Shown piece after piece: positions 38,405 through 48,522 of a stretch of 63,140 bases of DNA; the stretch's first letter is position 1, and every line of letters starts with the position of its first letter. Position numbers and translations under genes: made by a program. Source of the DNA: Alkalispirochaeta sp. (GTDB lineage: Bacteria; Spirochaetota; Spirochaetia; DSM-27196; Alkalispirochaetaceae); assembly GCA_965242725.1 (NCBI GenBank), contig CBDESZ010000011.1:1-63140 (forward strand), written 5' to 3'. The notes below the pieces were generated by a model. The model saw only the letters and a program-made list of their open reading frames with translations, had not been told where the DNA came from and made no database searches.

Positions 38405-39664
38405 TCATCGTGGCAGTTTCGCTGGCGTGTAATTCGTAAAACTGTATCGTTGTAGCCCGTTATGGCTAATGTCGAAATACTTTCCGGTAAACTCCTTGTC
38501 GAGACTTGGGATCTTCCGGCCGAAGTTATTTCGGTCTTGCACCTTGAACGCACCTGCGGGTAAAGAAAACAGGACGTAGTCATCTGCAACCAACCGAATA
38601 CCACGGACCGTACGCGCAAAGTCTAGGTTAGTTTCGAAATAGATCATCGTGTTTTCTATGGCTGAAATACTCGGAAAAGGTCCGTCGTCAAATACGCGTG
38701 CAAGGAGCTGGATGCTCTGCAGGTTGGTGACAGGAGCCGACAAGTGGAAAACCGGTTGGTCGATAAGCGCCTCATACCTGAAGTCACCGATTGGACCTAC
38801 GCGAGACGTCTGATGGATGATTCTGTTTCCCGGTTCGGCCCAGACGGTGGTCGTAATGTTAATGAAATTTTGCTTAGTACTCCCGGACATGTGCACTGGA
38901 CTACCAGGAGTGCCCGCAATCGACAACGATGGGTTACCACCGTCAACTCTCCGACGAACATCTACGATTCTCATGATAAAAAAGAAATCGGAAAGATCGG
39001 TTTGGGACATCGGTCGGAGAAAATCAATCTGAAGTAGAAGTGCATTGAGGGCTTTTTGGCTCTCGGCGATAAACTCTATTCGGTTGATGCGGGAATCGAG
39101 TGACTTTAAGCCCGATGAAACGACCTGTTGGATTTCGGTTCCAAAACTGGCAAAAAACGCAAGTTGCTCTTCATCTCGCATCGTTATTCTGAGGTACTGA
39201 AGACGTATTGCGAATCCAGCAGGAGAACCATCAAGAAGTTGCCGAATTCTTTCGCGATAAAAAATGTCAGCAGAGGTAATTCCACTCGAATGGGCGTTGG
39301 CGATGAGACTTGCCACCTCATTCGGAGTCAGGTCGACGTTAGTAAGAAAAACAAACGCTTCGAGATCTGGATTTGCTTCGAGAGCGCGTTTAAGGTCATC
39401 TTCGAATTTCCTCTTGATGTATGTTTTATCATCCGATCCGTCATTCGGAGAATTCCGGAAACCGACCGCTGCGTAACAAACATGTCCATCGAACCGGCAC
39501 TCGATATCGCGACCACCATCGGGTCCACCTCGTGGGCGCCGTGGTTTGACTTCAGTAAATCTTGGATCCAACGTAAGCACGGCAGCGGAGAGACGTTCCC
39601 GATCGGTTTGATTACCATCTAGGTAAGTCCTTAGTCTTTCGTCGGTCAGTTTTGGATCGCTCAT
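38405..39664 (-). CDS. Protein with an N-terminal restriction-endonuclease-like (PD-(D/E)XK) domain and an unknown C-terminus
   Basis: ERL..AVL, PRGGPDGGRDI, FVFLTNVDLT, IFYRERIR. Confidence 0.6.
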   Translation of the reverse strand: MSDPKLTDERLRTYLDGNQTDRERLSAAVLTLDPRFTEVKPRRPRGGPDGGRDIECRFDGHVCYAAVGFRNSPNDGSDDKTYIKRKFEDDLKRALEANPDLEAFVFLTNVDLTPNEVASLIANAHSSGITSADIFYRERIRQLLDGSPAGFAIRLQYLRITMRDEEQLAFFASFGTEIQQVVSSGLKSLDSRINRIEFIAESQKALNALLLQIDFLRPMSQTDLSDFFFIMRIVDVRRRVDGGNPSLSIAGTPGSPVHMSGSTKQNFINITTTVWAEPGNRIIHQTSRVGPIGDFRYEALIDQPVFHLSAPVTNLQSIQLLARVFDDGPFPSISAIENTMIYFETNLDFARTVRGIRLVADDYVLFSLPAGAFKVQDRNNFGRKIPSLDKEFTGKYFDISHNGLQRYSFTNYTPAKLPR

Positions 39665-39851
39665 CTATCTACCTAGAACAATCTAATTGAATGGTTTTAA
39701 TTTCGTCAGTACATCCATATAACATCTTCCACTCCCCACTCTTCAGTATAATACCCCGTATCATGTCCAATCCCGCCGTACCATTTTCGTCTCTTTGTCA
39801 TAGTCTGAAGTTCCACTCACAAAATCCACACCCCATACACCCGCCGCCACA

Positions 39852-39960
39852 CAAACCCGCCCCACACCGCCGCGAGGCGCCGGTCCCCGGGGCAGATCGA
39901 CTGACGGATCACTGGCCCGAATTGCGGCCCCCGCGCAAACCCGCCCCACACCGCCGCGAG
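39852..39960 (+). repeat. Two-copy 25-bp direct repeat CAAACCCGCCCCACACCGCCGCGAG
   Basis: Exact copies at 39852-39876 and 39936-39960. Confidence 0.85.
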
Positions 39961-39981
39961 ATGCGGCCCCGCCCGCACTTC

Positions 39982-40740
39982 TCACAATCGCGACGCCCCC
40001 TCCCCCGCCACCACCTCCACAAGAAACGGCATCGCCCCTACCTTGGGCGGTTTATCAGGTCGGCGGACGTAGCGGCGGCTGGAGACGAGGATGCGGTAGC
40101 GTCCCGGGAAGAGGGATGGGGGAACGCGGCAGTGGACGTGGTTGCTGCCGGTCCTCGTGTAGAGCTCGGCCCGGACCGCGGTTTTTGGAATCGTAAAGGA
40201 ACCGGTCGCCGTCTCCGGCGGCGCAAACCAGACGCCTTCATCGGCGCCGGCCGCGTTGAAGGTTAGGTTCATACCGGTGACGCCCACGATATGTCCCGCC
40301 GTGACGACATGGAGCTCCTGCTTTGCCTCCAGGTCGGTCACGCCGTATACGGCGGGTGCACCGCGGTGTACGGTCGGCTGCGTGTCGATATGAAGTTGCC
40401 GGCGAATCTTCTCCTGGATGGACCGGGAGGGGAGAAACTTCAAAAAGGCGCGATCCGCGGAAATCTCCGGTTCACGGCGCCCGGCGCGGTGCATTCCCTT
40501 CACGTGTACGGCAAATGATCCAAAGGGAGTCCTCACGCGCATGCCGTCCGCGGCAAAGTAAATGAGCATCGCCTCAAAGCGCGCCATCACCGCCCGCATG
40601 TCCGTCTCGGAGAGGGCGGTATCCATCGCCATAAACTGCAGCAGTTCCGGATATTCCACGACCCGCCGATGTACAACCCGCGGCCGGAGCGTCCTGCCGC
40701 CGTCAAAGGTATTGTTCTGCAATGCAACCTGCAACGCCAT
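39982..40740 (-). CDS. HU-like DNA-binding domain plus C-terminal Ig-like (DUF4469-like) domain protein
   Basis: DTALSETDMRAV...DGMRVRTPFGSF HU-like segment; G..VGVTG.NL.F..A.DEGVWF and PGRYRI in the C-terminus. Confidence 0.6.
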   Translation of the reverse strand: MALQVALQNNTFDGGRTLRPRVVHRRVVEYPELLQFMAMDTALSETDMRAVMARFEAMLIYFAADGMRVRTPFGSFAVHVKGMHRAGRREPEISADRAFLKFLPSRSIQEKIRRQLHIDTQPTVHRGAPAVYGVTDLEAKQELHVVTAGHIVGVTGMNLTFNAAGADEGVWFAPPETATGSFTIPKTAVRAELYTRTGSNHVHCRVPPSLFPGRYRILVSSRRYVRRPDKPPKVGAMPFLVEVVAGEGASRL

Positions 40741-41119
40741 ACACGCCTCCTTGCCGGTCTCCGGGAATGCACGCGCATCGGTGATACATATTTATTATTA
40801 TTCTATACTGAACTTCGTTCTGTGGAGAATAAATTTATTTTCTTCCAAAGACTAAGAACCTGCACGTAGCGCGTGCCAATCCGGCACAAATAACGCGCTG
40901 GCCCGGCACATTACTTGTGCCGTCTTCGCACACGCAATGTGCCAAAACAAAATCACCGGAAGAATTTAAATTTCCTCGCAGGGAATCAAACAATCCACCG
41001 ACAGGAAATGAAAAATTCCCCGCCGCAATGGGCTACCCCTCTCCCGGTCCACGATCTGCCGCACGGCGTTCCAAAAAAGCGTTGTTGTCTCCCCGATACA
41101 CGGCCGATACAATCACCTC

Positions 41120-41911
41120 ATGGCTCACCATGAACGTCCTCCGGAGGGCGCTTCAGCCCGCGTCGACGCACATGCCCTGCGCACCGCCCTGAAGGAGCAC
41201 GCCTCCGCGGAACACGCTGAGCACCACGCCCGCTTTTTCAAGACGGGACCCGGCGGCTACGGCGAGGGCGATAAATTTCTCGGAATCCGCGTGCCCGAGC
41301 TGCGCGCGGTGGCACGGCAATTCCGGACGCTGAGCCTTGCCGATACAGAGGAGCTCCTCCGCGATCCCTGTCACGAGTGCCGCCTGACGGCACTGTTCAT
41401 CCTCATCGACAGATACAAACGGGGCGACGCCGCGCAAAAGAACGAGGTGGTGACGCTCTACCTCAACAACCTCGATTGGGTAAACAACTGGGACCTCGTG
41501 GACGAGTCGGCGCCGAAGATCCTCGGAGCGGCATTGCTGGCGGAATACAGCGGAACGGGCGTACCCGAGGTGCTGTGGGAGCTCGCACGGTCGGGATCAC
41601 TCTGGCGGGAACGCATTGCAATGCTCGCCACCCTCGCCTTTATCCGCTCGGGGATATACACGCCCACCCTGGAACTCGCCGACCGCCACCTCCATCACCC
41701 CCACGACCTCATGCACAAGGCGGTGGGATGGATGCTCAGGGAGGTGGACAAGCGCGACGGTGAAGCGGAACGGAGCTTTCTGCTGAAGCCGGGCACGGCC
41801 GGGGCCGGCGATGCCCCCCGCTACAAAACGATGCCCCGGACGACGCTGCGCTACGCCATCGAGCGCTTTCCCGAGGAGGAACGCAAACGCTACCTCACCG
41901 GGACGGCGTGA
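41120..41911 (+). CDS. DNA alkylation repair protein (AlkD-like HEAT fold)
   Basis: FFKTGPGGYGEGDKFLG, NNWDLVD, LMHKAVGWMLRE, MPRTTLRYAIERF. Confidence 0.9.
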   Translation: MAHHERPPEGASARVDAHALRTALKEHASAEHAEHHARFFKTGPGGYGEGDKFLGIRVPELRAVARQFRTLSLADTEELLRDPCHECRLTALFILIDRYKRGDAAQKNEVVTLYLNNLDWVNNWDLVDESAPKILGAALLAEYSGTGVPEVLWELARSGSLWRERIAMLATLAFIRSGIYTPTLELADRHLHHPHDLMHKAVGWMLREVDKRDGEAERSFLLKPGTAGAGDAPRYKTMPRTTLRYAIERFPEEERKRYLTGTA

Positions 41912-41954
41912 TACCAGCAGACCGGCAGCTATCCCCGGTGAGTCAACATGTTGA

Positions 41955-41996
41955 TTGACATATTCGGCGTCGCAGGTATAATTATAGATTATCGAT
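41955..41996 (+). promoter_or_regulatory. Consensus promoter with operator copy 1
   Basis: TTGACA-16-TATAAT, then ATAGATTATCGAT at 41984-41996. Confidence 0.8.
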
Positions 41997-42038
41997 AATG
42001 TATAATTTGAAGTGCCAATGTGATCAGGGAGAACAGAA

Positions 42039-42989
42039 ATGAAACTTGAAGGAATAAACCACGTCGCAATTATCGGAACGGGGATGATCGGTTCGAGCCA
42101 GGCGGCACTCTTTACGGGTAACGGGTACAAGACCACGATGTATGCGCGGAGCGACGAGAGTGCGGCACGAGGCATACAGCGATATGAAGGTTTCTTTGAT
42201 GTTCTCCTTGAAAAGGAACTCGTTTCCAAAGAAGAGGCGAAACGGTGCAGACGGTACCTGCATACGACACAGGATTACAAGGATATCGCGGACGCGGATT
42301 TCATTATTGAATGCGTTCCCGAGGATCTGGAGTTAAAGTACCGCGTCTACGGTGAAATTGAGAAACATTGTACAAACTTCAAGGCCGTGATATCCACGAC
42401 GTCCGCAAAATCGGCCGATGACCTGGCCAAAGGATTTACCCGTCACAAGGACAAGATCATGGTCGCCCACCCCTTTTATCCGCCCCACCTTATTCTATTT
42501 GTGGAAATCGTAAAGGGGACGGAAACCTCGGCCGAGGCGGTACAGTTTGCCTACGACATACTTGAATCATGCGGACGAAAACCCATCATCGCAAATAAAA
42601 GTGTCCCCGGTTTTGTTGCCAACCGGTTACAGCACGCCCTCGTACGGGAAGCGGCGTATATGGTTGATCAGGGTATCGCTTCCGCCGCGGACGTCGATAA
42701 GGCGCTGATGCACAGCTTTGCTCCGCGATATTCCGTTGTGGGACTCTTTGAACACCAGGACGCGGCCGGTCTCGACATGGTGAAGAGTATTCAGGACTAT
42801 CTCGTACCCAGCCTGTGTTCCTCCACAAAGACGCCGGATCTCATCACCGGACACGTGAAAAAGGGCGAGCTCGGAATGAAGACCGGAAAGGGAATCCACG
42901 ACTGGACGCCGGAAAAACAGAAAGCCTTTCATGAGAAAGCCGCGGCGCCGTATTTCAAGTTTTTCAACTGGGATATTCCCGCCGAATAA
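42039..42989 (+). CDS. 3-hydroxyacyl-CoA dehydrogenase family NAD oxidoreductase
   Basis: IIGTGMIG, IIECVPED..LK, HPFYPPHL, PGFVANRLQHA, GMKTGKG. Confidence 0.9.
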   Translation: MKLEGINHVAIIGTGMIGSSQAALFTGNGYKTTMYARSDESAARGIQRYEGFFDVLLEKELVSKEEAKRCRRYLHTTQDYKDIADADFIIECVPEDLELKYRVYGEIEKHCTNFKAVISTTSAKSADDLAKGFTRHKDKIMVAHPFYPPHLILFVEIVKGTETSAEAVQFAYDILESCGRKPIIANKSVPGFVANRLQHALVREAAYMVDQGIASAADVDKALMHSFAPRYSVVGLFEHQDAAGLDMVKSIQDYLVPSLCSSTKTPDLITGHVKKGELGMKTGKGIHDWTPEKQKAFHEKAAAPYFKFFNWDIPAE

Positions 42990-43086
42990 TACCGCCTCAT
43001 CGCCGCATCAGCGTCCGGTCGTAGTACGGTTTGCCCGTGGCGTCGTACAGACCGACGCCACAGACCCGTTCACGCCGGCGTCTACC

Positions 43087-44163
43087 TTAATCCGGGTTTG
43101 GTACGACGTAGTCGCGGATCATTGAAACCAGCTCATCATAGCTGGCGGTGAAAGAACGCAATGTCCGTGCCGTCGCCCCGTAGGAGTCAAACTCGCGTGT
43201 CGTCATACCATCCGGCTCCCAGGCGCGCTGGAAATCGGGGAACTTCGATAGAAGTCGATCGAGAAAACGGGGCGGGACCGGTCTGTCAATCAGATCCTGT
43301 ACGGGGACGTCCGATTCATTGAACCGCACCGCCCACTTATACGGTATGGTCACAACCAGATCTCCACCGATGAACTCCGACCAGTGATAGTGGTTACGGT
43401 ACGCTGCAGCCATAAGGCGAGAGCGATATTTTCGTTCACGGAAGATTCGGTATGCCCGTTTCATCACCGCAACGCCCGCCCATTCCAGGCATTCCGGGTC
43501 CACGATGATGTCGTCTCTGGAGGCGACAACCTTCAGCCAGTCGTCTACACGCCCGACCATCACCACACAGTTGGCAGATATGTTGTCGATCGATTTCCCC
43601 TCGCGCAGGCGACGATCCAGTCCTCGTTCAACCGCCTCTGCAGCGGCGATTACCTGGGATACGCTGAACGAGACGGTGGCGGTTATACTCACCCCGTGAT
43701 AGGTCGCTTCTTCAGCGGCGGCGATCCCCGCCGCCGTCGCCGGCAGCTTGACGGTAATGTTGTCGGCCAGCCCATGGAAATGGACCGCCTGTTTCACCAT
43801 TGTGTCACTGTCGCGGAAATCACGCGGGTCCACCTGGATCGCGATGCGCCCTTTTTTACCGTTGTGGGCGTCGTAGACCGGTTTGAGCATTGCCGCTCCC
43901 CCTTGCGCAACCCGCTCAATCATTTCCCAGGCAATCGCCGTTTCCGAGGCGGTTGGCTTCTGTGCCGCCGCCTGATGAATGGGCCTGTCCCACACGTCTA
44001 TTTGCTCGCGTAATACGGCGTGCACTATCGTTGGGTTGGTCGTCGCTCCGGTCGCGCCGTGTTCCAGTGCGTACGTGAGATGGTCGGTGTTACAGGTATC
44101 GCTCCAATAGTCGGTTGCGGTGGTTTCGACCATCGTTAACAATGCGCTCTTTCCTTTTTTCAT
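43087..44163 (-). CDS. Transaldolase family protein
   Basis: YWSDT, GATTNPTI, NITVKLPAT..GI (Schiff-base Lys), TVSFS..Q, VGRVDDW. Confidence 0.88.
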   Translation of the reverse strand: MKKGKSALLTMVETTATDYWSDTCNTDHLTYALEHGATGATTNPTIVHAVLREQIDVWDRPIHQAAAQKPTASETAIAWEMIERVAQGGAAMLKPVYDAHNGKKGRIAIQVDPRDFRDSDTMVKQAVHFHGLADNITVKLPATAAGIAAAEEATYHGVSITATVSFSVSQVIAAAEAVERGLDRRLREGKSIDNISANCVVMVGRVDDWLKVVASRDDIIVDPECLEWAGVAVMKRAYRIFRERKYRSRLMAAAYRNHYHWSEFIGGDLVVTIPYKWAVRFNESDVPVQDLIDRPVPPRFLDRLLSKFPDFQRAWEPDGMTTREFDSYGATARTLRSFTASYDELVSMIRDYVVPNPD

Positions 44164-44170
44164 GGTTCTT

Positions 44171-46240
44171 TCAGCCCTTTAATATGTGGTGAACACGATC
44201 GCAGATGCCTTGCGGATCGAGTCCGAATCGCTTGATCAGTTGGTCATAGGTTGCCGAGTGAATGTACTGGTACCGACCGTCCTCTGTAGAAGTGTCGATT
44301 GTCACGATCTGACTGGAATCGAACGATCCGGTACGTCGGAGCAGCATGTGCGCAAGCTGACTGCGAATAAACCCGTTGTTTTGTTCGGCGATGACGATGA
44401 GGCCGGACCCGGCGAGGCGTTCCAGGAGAAAGTCCTCATCAAACGAGGCCATGTCTACCACCTCCGCCGAGATTCCCCGGTCGGCCAGAAGCTGTGCGGC
44501 CGCCACGATCTCATGGACGCCACGACCGCTGGAAACGAGGCACACGTCGCTTGATGAATCGCCGGAGAGGACGTCCGCGCGACCAAACTCAAATTCGTAC
44601 CCCCGTTTATGGAGTACCGCCGAGCCTGAACGCATGATACGTACGTATGTAAGGCCACGGTCACCGGCCATGATCCAGCGCATGACACCAACCAGCTGGT
44701 TGGGGCAGGAAACATCGATCATCTTCAGACCTGCGATACCCCCGAAGATGATCACATCGTCATTCCCCATATGGGTCGCGCCGTTAACCCTGGTCTCAAA
44801 GTTGGACGCCGTTGCCAGAAAGGTCAGGTCCAACCCATGGCCGTCGGAGAGCCAGCCGTCGGCGGCGGCGATTGCTTCTAGGCGTTCCTGTTGGCCGACG
44901 GCAATCCGGCGGAGCACCTTCCAGTCAAAAAACGGGCAGAATGTGCTCACCCACGCGTTATACCCCAGGGCAGCATACGCTTCGCCGACGCACATCATAT
45001 TGGATTCCGCGACGCCCACGTTGAGGCCGCGCTCCTGGTCGACGGCGCCGACGCCGCCGGCGAGTCCGCTGGTAGATCCCAGGTCGGCGTCTACGGATAC
45101 CACGCGCTCGTCCCGGGCAAATATGTTCATGCACGCTGCTATGACGTCACCGGCGGCGGCGCTCGTCCCGACGTCATAAGAGGGAAGTGCCGATGGGTCG
45201 TACCGGATCGATTTATTCCGGGGCGGTACTCGCTTCGTGCGGGTTTTTGGTTCAACTGCGTCGACGACTGATCCCTTCACCCGGAGGTTCATCGCCTCAG
45301 CCCTTCGGTACAATTCATCGGCCACAACCGTATGACCGCGCTCTTTCAAATCCGAGAGAAAGGACGTAAAGGCGGTAACACGGGCATCACGGCGATGTTC
45401 CTGAAGTGTGTACTCCGTTTCAAAGGTCGCCTTACCGAGAGTGACCTTGTGTTTATTCAATCCGGCGGCAAATGCGCCGTGGCCCTTCCGGGTATTGCAG
45501 ACGATGGCGGTAGGCCGTCCGTCTCGTGGATCCTGAAGAAAACTCTCAAGCGCATTGGTGACGGCGCTGTAGCTCGTCCCGTCGATGGACAGGACACGCC
45601 ATCCAAAGGACTCGATTTCCCGCGGGAGATTATCCATGGAAAAGAGCAGTTGGGCGGAGTCATCGAGTTGTCCTTCATTCTTGTCGATCAGTACGCAGAA
45701 GTTATCGAGCCGTTTTTGCGGCGCATACATGATCGCCTCCCACGCGACACCTTCCTGCAATTCTCCATCGCCGGTCACACAAAACACGTTAAAGGCGGGG
45801 TCACGTCGACCTGCAATCGCAAGGCCCTGAGCGACGGCCAGACCCTGTGCGAGCGGTCCCGTCGCTATTTGAACCCCTGGTAATAACGGTCCCGGGTGGC
45901 CGTTCAGTATGCTCTCAACGGATCTCGAGTTTTCCAGAATGGCCGGATCAATATAGCCAAGATCCGCGTAAATCGATGCCAATGCGGCTACCGCGTGCCC
46001 TTTGCTCAAAACAAACACGTCCTGACCGATCCGTGTCGGATCCTCGATATCCAGCTCCATAAACCCGCCGTAAAACAGGCTCACCATCGGAATCGTCGCC
46101 GAGAATGCGCCGCCGATATGGATACCCTGATCCACGGCGGTAAATCCCTGTTTCAGGACCGAAAGACGAATATCGGAGTCCTTGATTTTCAGCAGGTGCT
46201 CCACGCCTTGTACGAGTAGTTGTGTGTCGTTATGTTCCAT
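44171..46240 (-). CDS. Single-chain transketolase family ThDP enzyme
   Basis: HIGGAFS, FVLSKGHA, LNGHP, GDGELQEG..WEA, NVGVAESNM, NGATHM. Confidence 0.9.
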   Translation of the reverse strand: MEHNDTQLLVQGVEHLLKIKDSDIRLSVLKQGFTAVDQGIHIGGAFSATIPMVSLFYGGFMELDIEDPTRIGQDVFVLSKGHAVAALASIYADLGYIDPAILENSRSVESILNGHPGPLLPGVQIATGPLAQGLAVAQGLAIAGRRDPAFNVFCVTGDGELQEGVAWEAIMYAPQKRLDNFCVLIDKNEGQLDDSAQLLFSMDNLPREIESFGWRVLSIDGTSYSAVTNALESFLQDPRDGRPTAIVCNTRKGHGAFAAGLNKHKVTLGKATFETEYTLQEHRRDARVTAFTSFLSDLKERGHTVVADELYRRAEAMNLRVKGSVVDAVEPKTRTKRVPPRNKSIRYDPSALPSYDVGTSAAAGDVIAACMNIFARDERVVSVDADLGSTSGLAGGVGAVDQERGLNVGVAESNMMCVGEAYAALGYNAWVSTFCPFFDWKVLRRIAVGQQERLEAIAAADGWLSDGHGLDLTFLATASNFETRVNGATHMGNDDVIIFGGIAGLKMIDVSCPNQLVGVMRWIMAGDRGLTYVRIMRSGSAVLHKRGYEFEFGRADVLSGDSSSDVCLVSSGRGVHEIVAAAQLLADRGISAEVVDMASFDEDFLLERLAGSGLIVIAEQNNGFIRSQLAHMLLRRTGSFDSSQIVTIDTSTEDGRYQYIHSATYDQLIKRFGLDPQGICDRVHHILKG

Positions 46241-46275
46241 TTTCGGCGAACCTCCGTATGAGACTTGGTGTTGTT

Positions 46276-48522
46276 TTATCCATGCAACGCTTCCCAAATG
46301 CGCTGCGGTGTAAGGGGAAGATCTCTTATTACGGCCCCGGTAGCCGCATACACGGCAGACGCTATCGCGGGTGATACGACGAGAATACCGCCCTCGGCAG
46401 CGCCCTTGGCGCCGTATGGTCCGGGACCGTCACCGTTTTCCACGTGGAGCGATATTAATTCACGGGGGATATCCTTGGTGGTGGGTATACGGTAGTCCAA
46501 TGCTCCAAGGTTTCGGACACGTCCCATCTCATCCATGATGTACTGTTCCATGACGGTGTGTCCGATGCCCTGGACCGCTCCGCCGTCATCCTGCATCGCC
46601 ACGTGTTGAGCGTTGAGTGCCCGCCCGATATCGGCAACCGTAACCAGCTTGTGCAACACCATCACGCCCGTTTCACGGTCAACTTCAACTTCCACGGCGG
46701 TACATGTGACTTCGTAAAAGGCTGGGGTTCCGTTCAGCGCGTGGGACTCATCAAACTCTTTCCGGGCGGAACCGGTGCCGATAACCTCACCCTTTATCCG
46801 GTGGAAGCGTTCACCTACAACCTCGCCGAAGGTCTTTCGTTCACCGTCGACCTCAATAGTACCCGGCTCGACGATTGTCGCCGTCTTCCCATAGTACTCA
46901 GTCGCGATTTCCGCTACCTGTCGCGCGACATCGCGTGACGCCCTCAGGATTGCATTGCCCATGAAAACCGCCGACCGGCTGGCAGACGTCTGCAAATCAA
47001 AGGGCACACCCTGGGTATCACCCATGACGACCGTCACGCGGTCCGGCGAAATACCCAGCTCGTACGCCACAATCTGGGCGTAAATAGTCCGCGCTCCCTG
47101 ACCCATGTCGGAGGTTCCCGCGTGTACCGTTGCGCTCCCGTCGTAGTGCAGACGGACTATAGAATAGGAGGCACCGGTTGTCGGCCCGAATTTCAGTCCC
47201 AACGCCAATCCGCGCCCGCGCCCCGGCACAAGCGGTTCTCCCCAGCCGATCGCTTCCGCTCCCTTGCGAAGGGTCTGTTCCCAACGACCGTCGGCAGGTG
47301 GATCGTTGGGCATGAAGAGCTCTCCGTATTCGGGTAAATTCTTCAAGCGCAGTTCAACCGGATCGATACCCAGTTCGCGGGCGCCGGCGTCGATTTGGCA
47401 TTCCACGGGCCAACTCATTTGGGGAAGGCCGAATCCGCGCATGGCGGTGCTTGGCACCGTATTGGAAAAGACCCCGCGTGCGAGGACACGCAGGTTTGGT
47501 ACCCGGTAGGGACCGCCGGCACCGGCGTAACTTCCTTTGACGATGAGACGACCGGCGATGTCCTCGTACGCGCCGATCAGGTAGTTGATCTCCACGTCCT
47601 GGAAAACAAGCATGCCGTCTCGTCGGAAGCCGGTGGTGATATGAGCTTCCGCAGACGTACGACGTGCCGCCTGAAAGCTCTCCTCCAGGGTAAGCTCCAA
47701 TCGAAGAGGTCGGCCGATTTTTAACGATAAATAGGCGAGTAACGGTTCATACTTGGCGTGCTGTTTACCCCCGAATCCTCCACCAGGATCGGGAGCAATC
47801 ACCCGTACGCGGGAGAGCGGCATATCGAGAAACTCCGCAATAACCCGTTGCAGGTAGTTGGGGTGCTGAATCGCGCTATAGACGGTTATTCCGTCTCGCG
47901 TGGGTTCTACCGCGTAGGCAAACGGCTCAATCGCAAACTGGGTCATCATCGGGAACGTATAGTCGTTCTCCAGAATCACGTCCGCTTCCGCCGCGTCGAC
48001 GTTTCCCCATCCGTAGTGCCACTCGTTCAGGATATTGGAGTTTTTGAATGGGCTATCCCGTCGAAGCGAGGGATCCTGCACCAAAGGGGCATCAGGTGAC
48101 AGGGCGTCCGCCACCGTATACACCCCGGGCAGCTCCTCATAGTCCACCTTCACCGCAGCCGCTCCCTGCGCAGCCGTCCAGACGGTATCGGCGGCAACGA
48201 TCGCTACCGGTTCACCGTGAAAGGCTGTTTCGTCGACGGCCAGAATCGGTCGATCCTTATGTGCCGGACCAAACCGTTGTACCGTTGCCGGGAGATCCTT
48301 GCCGGTCAATACGGCACGTACACCGGGAATCTGCAACGCGGCACTCACGTCAACACGGTTGATCCGGGCTCTTCCACAGTTCAGATGGACCAACTTTGTA
48401 TGGAGTATATTCGGTATTTTGATATCGCCGACGTACCGGTATGCGCCGGCTACACGCTCCCAGCCACCGACGCGGTTTATCGGGCTTCCGATTCCACCGG
48501 CACCCGCTTCAACGCTACTCAT
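46276..48522 (-). CDS. Xanthine dehydrogenase family molybdopterin-binding subunit
   Basis: PGGGFGGK, TAMRGFG, DMGQG, SASRS, GPYGAKGAAE. Confidence 0.93.
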   Translation of the reverse strand: MSSVEAGAGGIGSPINRVGGWERVAGAYRYVGDIKIPNILHTKLVHLNCGRARINRVDVSAALQIPGVRAVLTGKDLPATVQRFGPAHKDRPILAVDETAFHGEPVAIVAADTVWTAAQGAAAVKVDYEELPGVYTVADALSPDAPLVQDPSLRRDSPFKNSNILNEWHYGWGNVDAAEADVILENDYTFPMMTQFAIEPFAYAVEPTRDGITVYSAIQHPNYLQRVIAEFLDMPLSRVRVIAPDPGGGFGGKQHAKYEPLLAYLSLKIGRPLRLELTLEESFQAARRTSAEAHITTGFRRDGMLVFQDVEINYLIGAYEDIAGRLIVKGSYAGAGGPYRVPNLRVLARGVFSNTVPSTAMRGFGLPQMSWPVECQIDAGARELGIDPVELRLKNLPEYGELFMPNDPPADGRWEQTLRKGAEAIGWGEPLVPGRGRGLALGLKFGPTTGASYSIVRLHYDGSATVHAGTSDMGQGARTIYAQIVAYELGISPDRVTVVMGDTQGVPFDLQTSASRSAVFMGNAILRASRDVARQVAEIATEYYGKTATIVEPGTIEVDGERKTFGEVVGERFHRIKGEVIGTGSARKEFDESHALNGTPAFYEVTCTAVEVEVDRETGVMVLHKLVTVADIGRALNAQHVAMQDDGGAVQGIGHTVMEQYIMDEMGRVRNLGALDYRIPTTKDIPRELISLHVENGDGPGPYGAKGAAEGGILVVSPAIASAVYAATGAVIRDLPLTPQRIWEALHG

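Noticed and set aside
39852..39960. Possible mini-CRISPR
   Set aside because: Only two copies, a 59-bp spacer, non-palindromic C-rich unit and no cas genes
39691..40266. 191-aa Pro/His-rich plus-strand ORF
   Set aside because: Arises from the C-rich repeat and the antisense of 39982-40740
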